A DNA stretch of 64,000 bases from Balanoglossus misakiensis (taxonomy: Eukaryota; Animalia; Hemichordata). Both the position numbers and the translations under genes were made by a program. The stretch spans positions 3,255,344-3,319,343 of the forward strand of contig CM082584.2 in assembly GCA_040954595.2 (NCBI GenBank), written 5' to 3'. This document shows positions 62,022 through 64,000 of this stretch, in pieces. Every line of letters starts with the position of its first letter. Positions within the stretch are counted from its first letter, which is position 1. The notes below the pieces were generated by a model. It was not told where the DNA came from. It saw only the letters and a program-made list of their open reading frames with translations, and made no database searches.

Positions 62022-64000
62022 ACAGCATTAGAAATAAACAGTCACCTACGTCAATTTAGCCACAGTCACCATTGGAATTCAAGATCTCACCAATATTTTC
62101 AACGAGTTAGCATACGAAAGAAATACATTATCACAAGGTTATCACACAACTTACATGCGTGCTTTTAACCAAATAATGAGTCATTAAGTAAATTAGATAT
62201 GATTGGATGACAACAGGAGTATGACAGAAACTTATATTTACAGATGATATCGCCATTGGCAATGTGACACTAACCTATACAATGGGTAAGATTCCTATAA
62301 CACATCATTTCTGAATATAGATAATATATAACATTCACACTAACAATGAAGTTTTGTTTCGGGGTGTGGGGGTGTTGATCTAAACAGAAAAAAGTTTTGA
62401 AACCAACAAGCTGAGACAACGTTCCTAAGATTATGGTCAGTATGAAGCATACTGGTACAGTTTGTTCTTGTGGTCATAACTTGTAGATACTATTATATAT
62501 GGCTAGCACATTCTATGTGTGACAGATGATCTTGCTTCCAAGTATTAAAGCCTCAATTGCTGCCACTATTATCATATTTTAAAGGCCCTTTCCACGTTCC
62601 CAGGGCAGTACAATGAAGGCAAACTAGAAAGACTTTGTGTTAGCATGTAACTGTGTTGTTGTTGTTTTTTGGAAACAAAAAAATTGACCAACTGTTGAGC
62701 AAGGCCTTTATTCAGTAGAGTACTTTATATTCTCCTTATGCTAAGTTGAAAAATGACACTACTACTGGAGATTTTAATAGCCATACCTTATAGTTGTGTT
62801 CTTTTGCATTAGGCAGTTGAATAAAGGTGTGCGGCACCATACCTGTTCATGTTTACATGTACAGTCACACTCTGAAGTTGTGTCTGTGTATACCCACAAG
62901 TTAGCTCACTTAAATGGACCATTCTAAGTTTGAAAGTAAAATCATGGAAAAGCATTCAAGAAACGGAAGCTATTTTGGCTTTAACACCTGTCATGTCTCC
63001 CAATTGTAGGGTAAAACACGTTCTCGGGTGATGGTGATGATGGTTGATGAAGAGATGGGAACACGTGCGGGGTGTAGATTTAAACGCCAATGACTTTATT
63101 TAGAAAGGCCAGCCGTGGACACATACAGGACAAGCCTGCAGTCCCGGCTGGACCAGCGGAACAACCGCACTCCTAGAATTCTCGAACTGAACTCCCCCCT
63201 TACCAAGATACAGAATCATTTTTAAACACATCAAACTGCCCGCGTGGGGTCTTTACATAACACTATTGTTCTTCGCCTAAGCTGTGAACGCCAGTAGTCA
63301 AAATGTAAATTACTTACAGCTAGCCACCAGTACGTAAAATTCTTTATGTGAGTGTGAATTGGTGATTTCGGATGGAATTTCTGGCGTCCCCGCAGCCCCT
63401 AACAACGTCATATTGATGTCATGACATGGGCGTTCCGAGCTCGATGGAATGACCTCACTCCATGAAAGGAGTAGGTGTTCAATCGAGTAAAAATATAAGT
63501 GTACAGTATGATTATGAGAATCCTTCAAAAATACATTTCTATAAGAGAGGAAAGTCTGAAACACATATGATTTACAATCAGAAAATGCGTGGTCTCTATT
63601 CAAATACTTTCCGCATCTTTGGCGGTTAAACATATCGCTGGAACGGCTTTTAGAGAAAAAAATGCGTACTGTGCGCGTGAAGAAGCGATGGCGGACTTGT
63701 TGTGTCACTCGGCCCATCAATATATAGTTTTGCCGTCAGCTTAAAATAATAATATAGCCTTTTGAAATATTAAATCATATGAAAAACACGATGGCTTTAG
63801 CGTAAAAAATGGGGACCAGGCACTGGTGTTTCGAAATGCCTCTAATAATGCATGCCAAAAAGATTCTCAACCGTCCTCGGAACAGAATATACACAATACA
63901 TTAAATGAGCAACGATAATTATAAAAACTAGACATGAACAAAAATTGCATGCATACATTTTTTTAAAAAGTCTTATGTTGTAACATTTTGAGTCCTAATT

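Noticed and set aside
63005-63257. Possible reverse solo LTR (TG...CA, TTTATT)
   Set aside because: No TSD match and no second copy in the window.

Overview
AT-rich eukaryotic (animal) DNA, most likely from a marine invertebrate. A sea-urchin-type histone downstream element hints at an echinoderm or hemichordate, but that is inference. The window is mostly transposon debris: a THAP/ISL2EU-type transposase pseudogene, DIRS and Gypsy fragments with one LTR, a four-level nest of Helentron-like (HINE) elements, a 5.1-kb IS3EU-like element, an Academ-like transposase pseudogene, four Harbinger MITEs, a P-like foldback MITE, a Harbinger element with interleaved transposase and MADF/BESS genes, Crypton-type tyrosine recombinase remnants, and a 5.5-kb CACTA element with a BEN-like ORF. 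The only clear host genes are two divergent, intronless rhodopsin-class GPCR paralogues. Two candidate systems stand out. (1) A MITE-split, stand-alone HIRAN-domain ORF ends in a canonical histone stem-loop plus a U7-type downstream element. (2) Several unrelated 130-185 bp palindromes carry symmetric CGAG/CGAG mismatches, suggesting strand-specific ssDNA hairpins, and one family flanks the Crypton recombinase. All family calls come from motif recognition by eye, not database searches.
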